In this document: piece by piece, positions 21,634-31,491 of the stretch
Numbering within the stretch: the first letter of the stretch is position 1
Layout of the letters: each line of letters begins with the position of its first letter
NCBI GenBank assembly: GCA_964449585.1
Contig: CAYUZE010000003.1
Span: 76,385-130,942, forward strand
Length of the DNA stretch: 54,558 nt
Source: an uncultured Gammaproteobacteria bacterium
GTDB taxonomy: Bacteria > Patescibacteriota > Microgenomatia > UBA10105 > UBA927
Direction: 5' to 3'
Notes under the pieces: model-generated
Told to the model about the DNA's origin: nothing
The model's database searches: none
The model's input: only the letters and a program-made list of their open reading frames with translations
Made by a program: the position numbers and the translations under genes

Positions 21634-22020
21634 TTGAAAGTACTCATTACCCTCGTTATCCTCGGTATTCTGGGAATAGGTATCCGATACGGATTTTTGT
21701 TGCGACAAACAGCTCGCGCCTGTAACGCCGTATATCAGGAATCACTCGATACCATAGCCGCACAATCGCAAACCGTGCTCGCCGACAACAAAACCTCGTG
21801 TATTAACTCGTACTCACTCCTCACTGAATGGGATGCCTGTCTTACGAAGGGAAAAGACGCTGTTCCCGATACGCTTCTTCCGGTCGTCAGCCCCGTCGTT
21901 TCGAATGTCATGCTGTTTTTCCGCGAAAAACGTAAGGATATGTCGGTACTCAAAAAAGAACACGACGTCCGGTGCAAAGGATACACCGAGCTCATATTTT
22001 TCCCTCCCGATGCGGAGTGA
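21634..22020 (+). CDS. Hypothetical membrane-anchored protein with four Cys
   Basis: N-terminal hydrophobic helix; TTG start, uncertain. Confidence 0.55.
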   Translation: MKVLITLVILGILGIGIRYGFLLRQTARACNAVYQESLDTIAAQSQTVLADNKTSCINSYSLLTEWDACLTKGKDAVPDTLLPVVSPVVSNVMLFFREKRKDMSVLKKEHDVRCKGYTELIFFPPDAE

Positions 22021-22029
22021 AACGAGTCT

Positions 22030-22674
22030 ATGCAAGGCGGCTTACACAAAATAACCGTCCAAAAGCCGAATAGATCACGCCTCTTTCTCGCCATCCCCAT
22101 CGAACATACCTGGCAGTATGCGCTTGCTGCCTGGCAATTGAACGTGGGAAAAAAACTTGCCTGCGGCACCGTACCGACCAGGTGGACGTCGCCGGCGCAG
22201 TATCATATAACCGTTCGTTTTATCGGGACTATCGAACAACGTCTCGTACCGGGGATTGTGGCGCAGCTTCGTGGACTCATCAGCCGACACCGTGCGTTTT
22301 CATTACCCTTTCACGGTATTGAGTACGCAACACCGAACGAACCGAAAATGATTTGGGCACGATTTTCCAAAACCGCCCGGTTTAACCGGTTAGTTCAGGA
22401 TATGACGCGTCAGATTCCCCGTTTTCTCTCTATGCATGGGGAAAAAACGCCGCAACTTTCGGGACATGGGATCATTCCCCATATTACGCTTGCCCGAGCC
22501 AAAGGGAATTTTCATGCCGGATCGATGCTTTCCGGCGATACAATAACGCCAGACGCACCGCTTCCCGTGCGCTCACTTATCCTGTATGAGTCGGTACATA
22601 TCCCGGATCAAACCGTCTATAAAACAATTGCAACGTTCCCTTTGCCACCTCAAGACGGTACCATAGAAGCATGA
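22030..22674 (+). CDS. thpR: RNA 2',3'-cyclic phosphodiesterase (2H family)
   Basis: RLFLAIP, two HxT motifs (YHITVRF, PHITLAR). Confidence 0.9.
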   Translation: MQGGLHKITVQKPNRSRLFLAIPIEHTWQYALAAWQLNVGKKLACGTVPTRWTSPAQYHITVRFIGTIEQRLVPGIVAQLRGLISRHRAFSLPFHGIEYATPNEPKMIWARFSKTARFNRLVQDMTRQIPRFLSMHGEKTPQLSGHGIIPHITLARAKGNFHAGSMLSGDTITPDAPLPVRSLILYESVHIPDQTVYKTIATFPLPPQDGTIEA

Positions 22675-23885
22675 AGATCAAATACGCTTTGCTGGGTATA
22701 CTGTTTGCCGTCATTGCGTACGGGGCGTGGTTTGTCTATACGAATCTTCGAGGAAGCGGAGCCGCCTTCGGTCCGATCCCGCGTATATCTGAAGAAGCGG
22801 TAAACACGGCTCCGTTATCGACGGCATCGATAAACCGTACCGGTCTGCCGCTGACGGTTGCAGACGGAGTGTCGCTTTCGATTTTTGCAAAAGACCTGGG
22901 GGCTCCGCGGGTACTAACTGAGGATGCAACCGGGACAATCCTTACAAGTATTCCCGCACAAAGCAAAGTGGTGGCATTACCCGATGCGAATGCCGACGGT
23001 GTCGCGGACACGGTGATGACGGTTGCGGAAGGACTTTCCCTGCCGCACGGGATCGCGTTTCATGGCGGGCGACTCTTTATCGCCGAAACAAATATGGTAG
23101 CGTCGTACGCCTACGATCCGACGACAAAAAAAGCGACGGATAAAAAAAAGCTTTTTGACCTTCCCGTCGGCGGCAATCATTTCTCGCGTTCGATAGGATT
23201 TGGTCCGGACGGAAAACTCTATGTTTCCATAGGATCCAGTTGCAATGTTTGTGTGGAGAAGGATCCGCGACGGGCGGCGATATTTGTCGCCAATGCGGAC
23301 GGCTCCGGTTTTCGCAGTTTTGCCACCGGCTTAAGAAATACGGTGTTCTTTACCTGGCACCCGGAAACACGCGAGATGTGGGGAACGGATATGGGGAGGG
23401 ATCTTTTGGGAGACAACACGCCGTTTGAGGAAGTGAATATCATCAAAGACGGCGCTTACTACGGATGGCCGTATTGTTACAACAATAAAACGCATGACGG
23501 ATCCTTTGATCCGAGTGCTCAGGCAAAAGAAAAATGCGAGGCGAGTGTCTCACCGCATATCACCTTTCAGGCACATGCTGCACCGCTGGGATTGGCGTTT
23601 GTTCCGGAAAGTTGGCCACCGCAGTATCGGGGAGATCTCCTCGTTGCGTATCACGGTTCATGGAATAGAAGCGCTCCCACGGGATATAAAATCGCGCGGT
23701 TTGACCTCAACGAGCAACATGCAGCCAATGAGGAATCTGATTTCATTGCCGGTTGGCTGGTCGGAAACGGTGCTTTAGGCAGACCGGTCGGATTGTTGTT
23801 TAGCCACGACGACACACTCTATATAAGCGATGACAAATCAGGGACAATTTACCGCGCGGTACCGGTTGCGCCGTCAGGAAAGTAA
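22671..23885 (+). CDS. Glucose/sorbosone dehydrogenase (GSDH, PQQ-type beta-propeller), membrane-anchored
   Basis: GLRN..., GPDGKLYVSIGSSCN, YGWPYC, HAAPLGL, GRPVG. Confidence 0.85.
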   Translation: MKIKYALLGILFAVIAYGAWFVYTNLRGSGAAFGPIPRISEEAVNTAPLSTASINRTGLPLTVADGVSLSIFAKDLGAPRVLTEDATGTILTSIPAQSKVVALPDANADGVADTVMTVAEGLSLPHGIAFHGGRLFIAETNMVASYAYDPTTKKATDKKKLFDLPVGGNHFSRSIGFGPDGKLYVSIGSSCNVCVEKDPRRAAIFVANADGSGFRSFATGLRNTVFFTWHPETREMWGTDMGRDLLGDNTPFEEVNIIKDGAYYGWPYCYNNKTHDGSFDPSAQAKEKCEASVSPHITFQAHAAPLGLAFVPESWPPQYRGDLLVAYHGSWNRSAPTGYKIARFDLNEQHAANEESDFIAGWLVGNGALGRPVGLLFSHDDTLYISDDKSGTIYRAVPVAPSGK

Positions 23886-25592
23886 TCAACCGAACGTAAA
23901 TGCGTAAAGCTCAATATCCCCGTCCAGCACTTCCAGTTTGAGGATATGTTTGCCTGCGCTTGGGAGTTTAATAAGTTTGTATAACCGGTCGGCGGTTACT
24001 TTTACCTTCCCGTCCTCAACGTCGTCTCCTTTGAGTTCATCGGTAACGGGAACCCCATCCAGGAAGACGCGAATGCCCCCTTTGGCATCTGCCTTGGGTC
24101 GCATGACAAGGAAGACCTCTTTTGCCTCAAAGTGATAGGTGAGAGTGGCTCCCGTGTGCGGCATTGCCCGTTCTCCGCCGATCGTCCATTTCCCCGACAA
24201 TGCAAAGGTGTTCTTGGGAAGGGTTGCGGGTGCGGAAAATTCCGTGAGCATATCCGGCCGTACCGGTTCGGGAGAAACAATTCCCGCCATTCGTTCATAG
24301 CCAAGGTAGGTTTCCGGGGTTCTCGCTTCGACGCGATAGGCTGGATTTTCAATGGCATCCTCGACGGTTGTTCCCGTTTCTTTGAGAAGCGCTTGGATCA
24401 TCGCTTCCGTTTCATCATAGTCGCCCTCGCCGAAATGTGTGTAGCGGATTTTTCCGTTTTTATCGACCATATATTTTGCCGGCCAATAACGGTTGGCATA
24501 CGCCCGCCAGGTTTTATAGTCGTTATCCTGCATGATGGGGTAGGTAAGTCCGAAATCAGCGGCCGCTTTCTTCACGTTAGCAAGGTCTTTTTCGAACTCG
24601 AATTCAGGCGTATGGACGCCGACGATAACCAGTCCCTTGTCTTTATACTTTTCATGCCATGACCGGATGTAGGGGAGCGTACGAATGCAGTTTATGCAGG
24701 TGTACGTCCAGAAATCGACCAACACTACCTTTCCGCGCAACTCTTGCATGGTGAGGGGAGCGGAGTTTATCCACTCACCGCCGGCAATAAATTCGGGTGC
24801 GTTGCCGTAATTATTCTCCAAGAGATCGGTCAGCATAGATCCTCCTTTTTGTAAATCGGTTAACCGGTTTCGTACCAGTGCATTGTCTTCAAGTTTTGTA
24901 AGACCCGTGCCGTATGCGGGAAATTTATCCAATATAAACGTCTGAAACGCTCGATCCCAGGAATGATAAATGGCGAGTGCGGTAAGGAGCATAAGGATAC
25001 CGAATGCTTTCTGAATTTTCGCGGTATTTGCCAGTAACCAAGGGTGGTTGGTGAGCAGGGATCTGCCACCCATGGTGATGGCAAGGAGGGGAATCGCCGT
25101 CCCTAAGGCATATGCGAGGGTAAGGATGACTGCATTGAACCCTACGGTGCTGGTGGCGGCAAGCGTAATGATAGAGGCAAGGATCGGGCCCACGCAGGGT
25201 GTCCATAGCAAGCCTAAACTTACGCCAACCAAGACTCCGGAAAGATACCCGTCGTTTTGCGATTGCCGAGGGACAAACGCCGTCATTTTCGAAAAGAATT
25301 TCTCTACCATAATTTGAAATGCGGGGATAAGCAGACTGACGCCGAAGAACGCAATGACAAAAACGGCAACGAGCCGCAACACATCTGCTGAAAGTCCCGT
25401 AGATCGGACAATTGCCGAAAGAAACAGCGTGAAGAAGGTAAAGCTCGCGATAAATCCGGTAACCACCCCCAACGGACGACGCTTGCCGCCGGTTATACTC
25501 CCGGATAGCACCACCGGCAAAATAGGGAGAATACACGGAGAAAGAATGGTGATAAGTCCGCCTAAGAATGCAAAAAGGATAAGAATAATCAT
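23886..25592 (-). CDS. dipZ: DipZ-like protein (CcdA membrane domain + TlpA thioredoxin + C-terminal domain)
   Basis: ILSPCILP and WTPCVGP (CcdA Cys pair), FWTYTCINC, C-terminal YAFTFG. Confidence 0.92.
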   Translation of the reverse strand: MIILILFAFLGGLITILSPCILPILPVVLSGSITGGKRRPLGVVTGFIASFTFFTLFLSAIVRSTGLSADVLRLVAVFVIAFFGVSLLIPAFQIMVEKFFSKMTAFVPRQSQNDGYLSGVLVGVSLGLLWTPCVGPILASIITLAATSTVGFNAVILTLAYALGTAIPLLAITMGGRSLLTNHPWLLANTAKIQKAFGILMLLTALAIYHSWDRAFQTFILDKFPAYGTGLTKLEDNALVRNRLTDLQKGGSMLTDLLENNYGNAPEFIAGGEWINSAPLTMQELRGKVVLVDFWTYTCINCIRTLPYIRSWHEKYKDKGLVIVGVHTPEFEFEKDLANVKKAAADFGLTYPIMQDNDYKTWRAYANRYWPAKYMVDKNGKIRYTHFGEGDYDETEAMIQALLKETGTTVEDAIENPAYRVEARTPETYLGYERMAGIVSPEPVRPDMLTEFSAPATLPKNTFALSGKWTIGGERAMPHTGATLTYHFEAKEVFLVMRPKADAKGGIRVFLDGVPVTDELKGDDVEDGKVKVTADRLYKLIKLPSAGKHILKLEVLDGDIELYAFTFG

Positions 25593-25596
25593 TTCG

Positions 25597-26106
25597 TTAT
25601 TTAATGTTTGCGATGAGATCGCGAATATCGCCCCCATTCCACTTGGTTACTTCGCGGCCGTCTTCGTCCACCTGCACGAACGTGTGTTGATAGGTTATCC
25701 CATACTTTCTCTTGAGAGCGGTTGCACTGTCATAATCGGTTTTAAACAAAACCACATCTTCAGGAATATTCGCCGAATTGTTCTGGAATGCCGCATCCGC
25801 AGGTCTGCAGGTGGGGCACCACGGCGCGTGGAAAAACAGCACCCGTTTTTTGTCAGCAGAGGCTTCAAATGCCGTTTCGGAATACGCAAGATAGCGGGTT
25901 TCATTTTTCATCATTGTCCCGTCTTCCTTTTTCATGGCATCATCGTTGCTTTCCGCATTTTCCATCATCGTATCGGTTTCTTCCATTGCGGATGTCGGGG
26001 ACCGCATGCGAGCGTTATCGACGGACGACTGATTATTTTTAAACGCTACGACTCCTCCGACAAGGGTAAGAACTATGACGACGCCGATGATGAGTTTGTT
26101 TTTCAT
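25597..26106 (-). CDS. Exported thioredoxin-family protein
   Basis: N-terminal signal/anchor, FFHAPWCPTC, YGITYQHTFV; SD ggagg. Confidence 0.9.
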   Translation of the reverse strand: MKNKLIIGVVIVLTLVGGVVAFKNNQSSVDNARMRSPTSAMEETDTMMENAESNDDAMKKEDGTMMKNETRYLAYSETAFEASADKKRVLFFHAPWCPTCRPADAAFQNNSANIPEDVVLFKTDYDSATALKRKYGITYQHTFVQVDEDGREVTKWNGGDIRDLIANIK

Positions 26107-26143
26107 AAAACCTCCAGAAAAAGCAAACGTTGTTACTTATCTC

Positions 26144-26172
26144 ACAATATAACCGTTTTCCGGGAATGTCAA
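26144..26172 (-). promoter_or_regulatory. sigma70 promoter for the thioredoxin-dipZ operon
   Basis: Minus strand: TTGACA, 17-nt spacer, TATTGT. Confidence 0.6.
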
Positions 26173-26196
26173 GCGGACTTAACATCGAAGTTGATG

Positions 26197-26571
26197 TTAC
26201 TGGGTGATTTGTGTATAGAGTCGGACAAGAATTTTCGTGAGTAACATGCCGCCGAGGGCGCCTAGTAGCCAGGGGTCGATGTTGTGATTGAGTGCCTGGG
26301 TAATAATGCCAATGGTGAGTATCGATGATCCGACAAAAAAGGATATTCTTCCTGCGGTTAGCTGATGCGCATGTTCGCGTTCATCCGCCGCCCGTTCTTT
26401 CCAGATAAATCCCAGGTAGGCAAAAAAAGCGAGCGCAAATAATACCAGTAAAAACATCTCGGTGGATTTGGGCATAAGGAGTCCCGGAGGGGTTATAAAC
26501 GCTGCCAGAAGAACGATGAGCATGAGCGCCGTGGCAACCTCTCCGAGTTGATAACGTGTTATTTTTTGCAT
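26197..26571 (-). CDS. Membrane protein, DUF2178-like
   Basis: Four hydrophobic helices with a DERE...AGRISF motif; downstream of and overlapping an XRE gene, the usual context for this pair. Confidence 0.6.
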   Translation of the reverse strand: MQKITRYQLGEVATALMLIVLLAAFITPPGLLMPKSTEMFLLVLFALAFFAYLGFIWKERAADEREHAHQLTAGRISFFVGSSILTIGIITQALNHNIDPWLLGALGGMLLTKILVRLYTQITQ

Positions 26572-26765
26572 AGTTCAAATATTGATTCTACTGGTTTATG
26601 AAAGTACTGTGCAATCTTGAGTGCCAAAAGTAATGACGGGGTGTAGGAGCCTTTCTCTATGGAGATAATTGTTTGACGGGTAACACCGATAGCCGTGGCC
26701 AGCTGTTCCTGGGTGATTTTTGCTTTCGCACGTAGTTCATTGACGGAATTTTCTATCGTTTCCAT
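26559..26765 (-). CDS. XRE-family helix-turn-helix regulator
   Basis: TQEQLA..IGVTRQTIISIEKG.Y.PSL.LALKIA..F. Confidence 0.93.
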   Translation of the reverse strand: METIENSVNELRAKAKITQEQLATAIGVTRQTIISIEKGSYTPSLLLALKIAQYFHKPVESIFELCKK

Positions 26766-26812
26766 GCAGCAGCGATTATACCCTAGTATTTTTAAAACCG
26801 AAAACGAGGGGG

Positions 26813-26843
26813 TTGACTATAACGTTACGTTATTGTTTAGTAT
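26813..26843 (+). promoter_or_regulatory. MerR-type promoter with dyad operator
   Basis: TTGACT (26813-26818), 19-nt spacer, TAGTAT (26838-26843); perfect dyad ATAACGT-T-ACGTTAT at 26819-26833. Confidence 0.85.
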
Positions 26844-26849
26844 CACGAT

Positions 26850-27593
26850 ATGGTCTATACGGTAAGACAATTAGCACAGCTTGCGGGGGTAAGCGTCCGC
26901 ACACTTCATTATTACGACAACATCGGTTTGCTCAAGCCGTCCTTCGTGCGGCAAAACGGGTATCGTATCTATGAGGAAAAAGAAGTGCGCAAGCTCCAAC
27001 AGATATTGCTGTTTCGTGAGTTAGCGTTTCCGTTAGACCAGATTCAGCGCATGATGACTGCAAAGAATTTTGACGTTAAGCAGGCGCTTCACGATCAATA
27101 TCGGTTGCTTACGCTTAAAAAAGCAAAAATACAACGGCTTATGCATGTGGTGGAAGGCCGATTGAAAGGAGGTGATACCATGACGAACCAAAATCAATTC
27201 GGTGTATTTACCGACAAACAATTGGAAAACTTTAAAGAGGAAGCGCGCAAGCGATGGGGTGAAACGGATGCCTACAAGCAATCCGTAGAACGCACAAAAC
27301 ACTGGACAAAAGCAGACTATGACAGGATTGCGGAAGAGGGCACGAAATTCACCGAAGCACTGGCAAAGCTTATGGATAGAGGAATAGCAGATGAAAAAGT
27401 ACAGCAGATGATCGAAAAACACTATCAGGGCATCAAGGTGTTTTATGATTGTCCGATTGAGATGTACAGAAGTTTAGGAGCAATGTATGTCGAAGATCCG
27501 CGCTTTCGCGCGTATTACGAAAAGTTCCGCAAAGGCATGGCGGCGTTTATGAACAATGCTATCGCCTATTACTGCGATAGCCACACGACCTAA
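26850..27593 (+). CDS. MerR-family regulator of TipA/Mta type (MerR HTH + TipAS-like domain)
   Basis: GVSVRTLHYYDNIGLLKP, NGYRIY; EARKRWG.TDAY, LGAMYVEDPRF. Confidence 0.93.
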   Translation: MVYTVRQLAQLAGVSVRTLHYYDNIGLLKPSFVRQNGYRIYEEKEVRKLQQILLFRELAFPLDQIQRMMTAKNFDVKQALHDQYRLLTLKKAKIQRLMHVVEGRLKGGDTMTNQNQFGVFTDKQLENFKEEARKRWGETDAYKQSVERTKHWTKADYDRIAEEGTKFTEALAKLMDRGIADEKVQQMIEKHYQGIKVFYDCPIEMYRSLGAMYVEDPRFRAYYEKFRKGMAAFMNNAIAYYCDSHTT

Positions 27594-27601
27594 TCGATAT
27601 T

Positions 27602-27628
27602 CTCCGGGATGATACGTACATCCCGGAG
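27602..27628. repeat. Perfect 10-bp inverted repeat downstream of the MerR gene (possible terminator/processing stem)
   Basis: ctccgggatg-N7-catcccggag. Confidence 0.6.
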
Positions 27629-27770
27629 GTGTCGGGGTGATATCAGCGTGTGCTGACGGTATGGAACATCTTCCCCCGGCTTTTTTCTGTGTACGCAAAA
27701 AATATTGCGTAGCATTCAAACAAGGGAAAAAATTGCAAAATATGCAAAGAAAGCGTATAGTTAGCGCGCT

Positions 27771-28025
27771 ATGGCAGTACAAAAAGAGGGTACGACAAGA
27801 ATAAATGCAGGGTGTGAATTTCTTCATGACCGGCAGATAGCTGATGTGCAGGTGGAAGTAGTTGAGCCGGTTAATGTGGGAAGTACGGGAAGGTGTTTGG
27901 GGACATGCCCCGATTGTCCAGCACTCCCGGGTAGGTCAGTGACGTTTATTTCCGTAAGCAGGTTTCCCGCGTTAGGCATAGGAAACACGATTGTCAAACC
28001 AGTGACCGGTACGGAGACGGCATAG
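27771..28025 (+). CDS. Small hypothetical protein with CxxxCxxC
   Basis: 84-aa ORF preceded by TTGCAA-17-TATAGT (27733-27761), 9 nt before the ATG. Confidence 0.45.
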   Translation: MAVQKEGTTRINAGCEFLHDRQIADVQVEVVEPVNVGSTGRCLGTCPDCPALPGRSVTFISVSRFPALGIGNTIVKPVTGTETA

Positions 28026-28051
28026 ACAACCGGTATATTTTTTAGTACAAT
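28023..28051 (+). promoter_or_regulatory. sigma70 promoter for fusA-tuf
   Basis: TAGACA (28023-28028), 17-nt spacer, TACAAT (28046-28051). Confidence 0.65.
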
Positions 28052-28084
28052 CATCTCTATAGAAGTGTTGAAGGAAATATTTGT

Positions 28085-28105
28085 CCCGCTTCGGCGGGTT
28101 TTTTT
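28085..28105 (+). terminator. Terminator-like hairpin + U7 ending 6 nt before the fusA start
   Basis: cccgc-ttcg-gcggg followed by ttttttt. Confidence 0.65.
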
Positions 28106-28111
28106 ATTACT

Positions 28112-30214
28112 ATGGCAAATCCACAAACAACCGTAACCGAAAATCGCGACGTCCCTCTTGATAAGGTGAGAAACATCGGCATTATCGCCCATATCGATGC
28201 CGGGAAAACCACGACCACTGAGCGCATCCTTTTTTATACCGGAAGAAGTTATAAATTAGGCGACATCGATGAAGGTAACACCCAAATGGACTGGATGGAG
28301 CAGGAACGGGAACGGGGTATTACCATCGTGTCCGCCGCAACCACCACGTTTTGGAAAAGCTACCGCTTCAACATCATTGATACTCCCGGACACGTGGACT
28401 TTACCGCGGAAGTAGAGCGGTCACTACGGGTGCTTGACGGCGGCATCACCGTGCTTGACGCGGAAGAAGGCGTGCAATCACAGTCGGAAACCGTATGGCA
28501 TCAGGCGGATAAATATAAAGTGCCGCGTATCTGTTTTGTCAACAAAATGGACAAAATCGGCGCGGATTTCAGAAACACGATTAAACAGATCGAAGAGCGC
28601 CTCGGTGCGCGGACCGCCGTTATGGTCGTTCCCATCGGTCGCGAAAACACCTTTCGGGGTGCCGTTGATTTGTTGACCCGTGAGGCACACGTATGGAATA
28701 CCGATGATTTGGGCGCAAACCCCGAAACGATTGAAATTCCCGAAGAACTGAAAGCCGAAGTCGAACAATCACGCCATGATCTTATTGAACGCATTGCCGA
28801 AACGGATGATGCGCTTCTTGAAAAATATCTCGGCGGAGAAGAAATCGGTGTCGAGGAACTTAAAGCGAGTCTTCGTCGTGCCGTTATCGCCTACAAGCTT
28901 GTTCCTATTTACTGCGGCACCAGCTTGAGAAACAAAGGCGTACAACCGCTTCTTGATGCGGTTGTGGATTATTTGCCATCACCGCTTGATCTTCCCGAGG
29001 TGGAAGGAACCAATCCGAAAACCAATGAAAAAACGACCAGAAAGCGTGTGAACGAAGAGAAGTTCTCCGGTTTGGCGTTTAAAATCCAAATTGATCCGCA
29101 TGTCGGAAAACTTACCTACGTCCGTATCTACTCAGGCAAACTTGAATCGGGTTCTTATGTCTATAACTCCACAAAGGGAGCAAAGGAACGCGTCGGTCGA
29201 TTGCTTTTGATGCATGCGAATCAACGGGAAGAAATCCGTGAGGCATATGCGGGAGAAATCGTGGGCGTCGTCGGATTTAAGGATACGATTACGGGCGATA
29301 CGATTTGTGAGGATGCCAATCCGATTGTGCTTGAGCAGATCACCTTCCCCGAACCGGTTATTTCTTTGGCGATCGAACCCAAGACCAAAAACGACCAGGA
29401 AAAGATGGGGTATGCACTGCAGCGGTTAAGCGAAGAAGACCCGACATTTAAGATCAAATCCAATCAGGAAACAAATCAGACCATTATCTGGGGTATGGGT
29501 GAACTACACCTCGAAATCCTCGTTGACCGCATGAAACGGGAATTTAAGGTTGAAGCAAATGTGGGAGCGCCGCAGGTTGCTTACAAGGAAACCATCAAGA
29601 AAATGGCTGAAGGAGAAGGAAAGTATATCCGACAAACCGGAGGTCGCGGTCAATACGGTCATGCAATGATTCGCATCGAACCGAAAGCACGAGGCGAAGG
29701 ATTTGAGTTTATCGATGCCATCAAGGGAGGAGCGGTTCCCAACGAATTTATTCCGCCTATTGAAAAAGGTATCGTGGAAGCCATGGAAAACGGCGTACTT
29801 GCAGGCTACCCCTTGGTAGATATGTCGGCAACCCTTTACGACGGAAGTTATCACGATGTCGACTCTTCGGAAATGGCCTTTAAGATCGCAGGATCCATGG
29901 CATTGCAGGATGCGGTAAAGCATGCCGACGCGACGATCCTCGAGCCGATCATGAAGGTTGAGGTTACAACCCCGGACGAATATATGGGAGATTGTATCGG
30001 TGACCTTTCCGCGCGTCGCGCGCAAATCATGGGATCCGAACAGCGGGGAACCGTGACGGTGATTCTTGCCATGGTGCCGCTTGCGGAATTGTCAGGATAC
30101 GCCACCGTGCTTCGTTCGTTATCCAAAGGAAGAGCGACCTATTATATGGAGCCTTCCCATTACGAAGAAGTGCCGAAGAATATCCAAGAAAAGATTATTG
30201 CGAAAAACGTCTAA
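28112..30214 (+). CDS. fusA: Elongation factor G
   Basis: [29 protein letters not shown]. Confidence 0.99.
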   Translation: MANPQTTVTENRDVPLDKVRNIGIIAHIDAGKTTTTERILFYTGRSYKLGDIDEGNTQMDWMEQERERGITIVSAATTTFWKSYRFNIIDTPGHVDFTAEVERSLRVLDGGITVLDAEEGVQSQSETVWHQADKYKVPRICFVNKMDKIGADFRNTIKQIEERLGARTAVMVVPIGRENTFRGAVDLLTREAHVWNTDDLGANPETIEIPEELKAEVEQSRHDLIERIAETDDALLEKYLGGEEIGVEELKASLRRAVIAYKLVPIYCGTSLRNKGVQPLLDAVVDYLPSPLDLPEVEGTNPKTNEKTTRKRVNEEKFSGLAFKIQIDPHVGKLTYVRIYSGKLESGSYVYNSTKGAKERVGRLLLMHANQREEIREAYAGEIVGVVGFKDTITGDTICEDANPIVLEQITFPEPVISLAIEPKTKNDQEKMGYALQRLSEEDPTFKIKSNQETNQTIIWGMGELHLEILVDRMKREFKVEANVGAPQVAYKETIKKMAEGEGKYIRQTGGRGQYGHAMIRIEPKARGEGFEFIDAIKGGAVPNEFIPPIEKGIVEAMENGVLAGYPLVDMSATLYDGSYHDVDSSEMAFKIAGSMALQDAVKHADATILEPIMKVEVTTPDEYMGDCIGDLSARRAQIMGSEQRGTVTVILAMVPLAELSGYATVLRSLSKGRATYYMEPSHYEEVPKNIQEKIIAKNV

Positions 30215-30303
30215 GGTGTGTTAAAATGTCGCAAGCGACTTAATTTTTTAAGGTCGAGTATTTATTTTTTATAAACATTATTGAGATCTTGTAAGGAGGG
30301 AAT

Positions 30304-31491
30304 ATGGCAGATGCAGCCAAATTTGTTCGAAGTAAACCACATTTGAATATCGGAACCATCGGTCACGTTGACCATGGAAAAACAACCCTTACCTCCGCAA
30401 TCACCCACGTGCTTGCCAAAAAAGGCATGGCGAAGGCGATGAAATATGAGGAAATCGATAATGCCCCCGAAGAAAAGGCGCGCGGAGTCACCATTAACAT
30501 TCACCACTCCGAATACGAAACCGACAAACGGCACTATGCCCACATTGATGCACCGGGACACGCTGATTATGTCAAAAACATGATCACCGGAGCCGCCCAA
30601 ATGGACGGAGCCATCTTGGTGGTATCTGCGCCGGATGGTCCGATGCCGCAGACCCGCGAGCACATCCTGCTTGCAAACCAGGTTAACGTTCCCGCCATCA
30701 TTGTCTTCATGAACAAATGCGACATGGTGCAGGACAAAGAGCTTTTGGATCTTGTGGAAATGGAAGTTCGTGAACTTCTTACCAAATACAAGTATCCGGG
30801 GGACAAAATCCCGGTTATCCGCGGCTCCGCGCTTAAAGCATTGCAAGGTGATGCTGATGCGGAAAAGGCGATTGAAGAGCTCATGAAGACCGTGGATGAA
30901 TATATCCCGGATCCCGTTCGTGAACTCGACAAACCGTTCCTTATGCCGGTAGAAGACGTCTTCTCCATCAAAGGGAGAGGAACTGTCGTGACCGGAAGAG
31001 TTACCCGCGGAAAGGTGAAAGTCGGCGACACGATTGAAATTGTCGGTATCAAACCGTCACAATCCACTGTCGTTACCGGAGTCGAAATGTTTAGAAAATC
31101 ACTCGACGAAGGACTTGCCGGCGACAACATCGGCGTGTTACTCCGAGGCGTCGAAAAAGAACAGGTCGAACGAGGTCAGGTGCTTTCAGCATCCGGCTCG
31201 GTAAAGCCGCACACCGAATTTGAAGCGGAAGTCTACGTCTTGACCAAAGAAGAAGGCGGACGACACACACCGTTCTTCACGGGATACCGACCGCAGTTCT
31301 ATATCCAGACGACCGACGTAACCGGAGAAGTTGCCCTTCCCCAGGGAGTCGAAATGGTTATGCCTGGAGATAGTACCAAGATGAATGTCAAACTTATCGT
31401 ACCCGTTGCTCTTGAAGAAGGACTTCGGTTTGCTATCCGCGAGGGTGGTCATACGGTAGGAGCGGGAGTTGTTACAAAGATTATCGCTTAA
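30304..31491 (+). CDS. tuf: Elongation factor Tu
   Basis: [24 protein letters not shown]; SD aaggagg. Confidence 0.99.
   Translation: MADAAKFVRSKPHLNIGTIGHVDHGKTTLTSAITHVLAKKGMAKAMKYEEIDNAPEEKARGVTINIHHSEYETDKRHYAHIDAPGHADYVKNMITGAAQMDGAILVVSAPDGPMPQTREHILLANQVNVPAIIVFMNKCDMVQDKELLDLVEMEVRELLTKYKYPGDKIPVIRGSALKALQGDADAEKAIEELMKTVDEYIPDPVRELDKPFLMPVEDVFSIKGRGTVVTGRVTRGKVKVGDTIEIVGIKPSQSTVVTGVEMFRKSLDEGLAGDNIGVLLRGVEKEQVERGQVLSASGSVKPHTEFEAEVYVLTKEEGGRHTPFFTGYRPQFYIQTTDVTGEVALPQGVEMVMPGDSTKMNVKLIVPVALEEGLRFAIREGGHTVGAGVVTKIIA

Noticed and set aside
23886-23888. Possible alternative genetic code (TGA = Gly, as in Gracilibacteria/Absconditabacteria)
   Set aside because: TGA ends dipZ, tspO, adk and rplP at the expected lengths, and no conserved gene is interrupted by TGA
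25354-26244. 296-aa plus-strand ORF
   Set aside because: Antisense shadow of the thioredoxin and dipZ genes, with no recognisable motifs
21017-28111. Insert as a prophage or transposon
   Set aside because: No integrase, transposase, phage genes or terminal repeats; composition looks host-like
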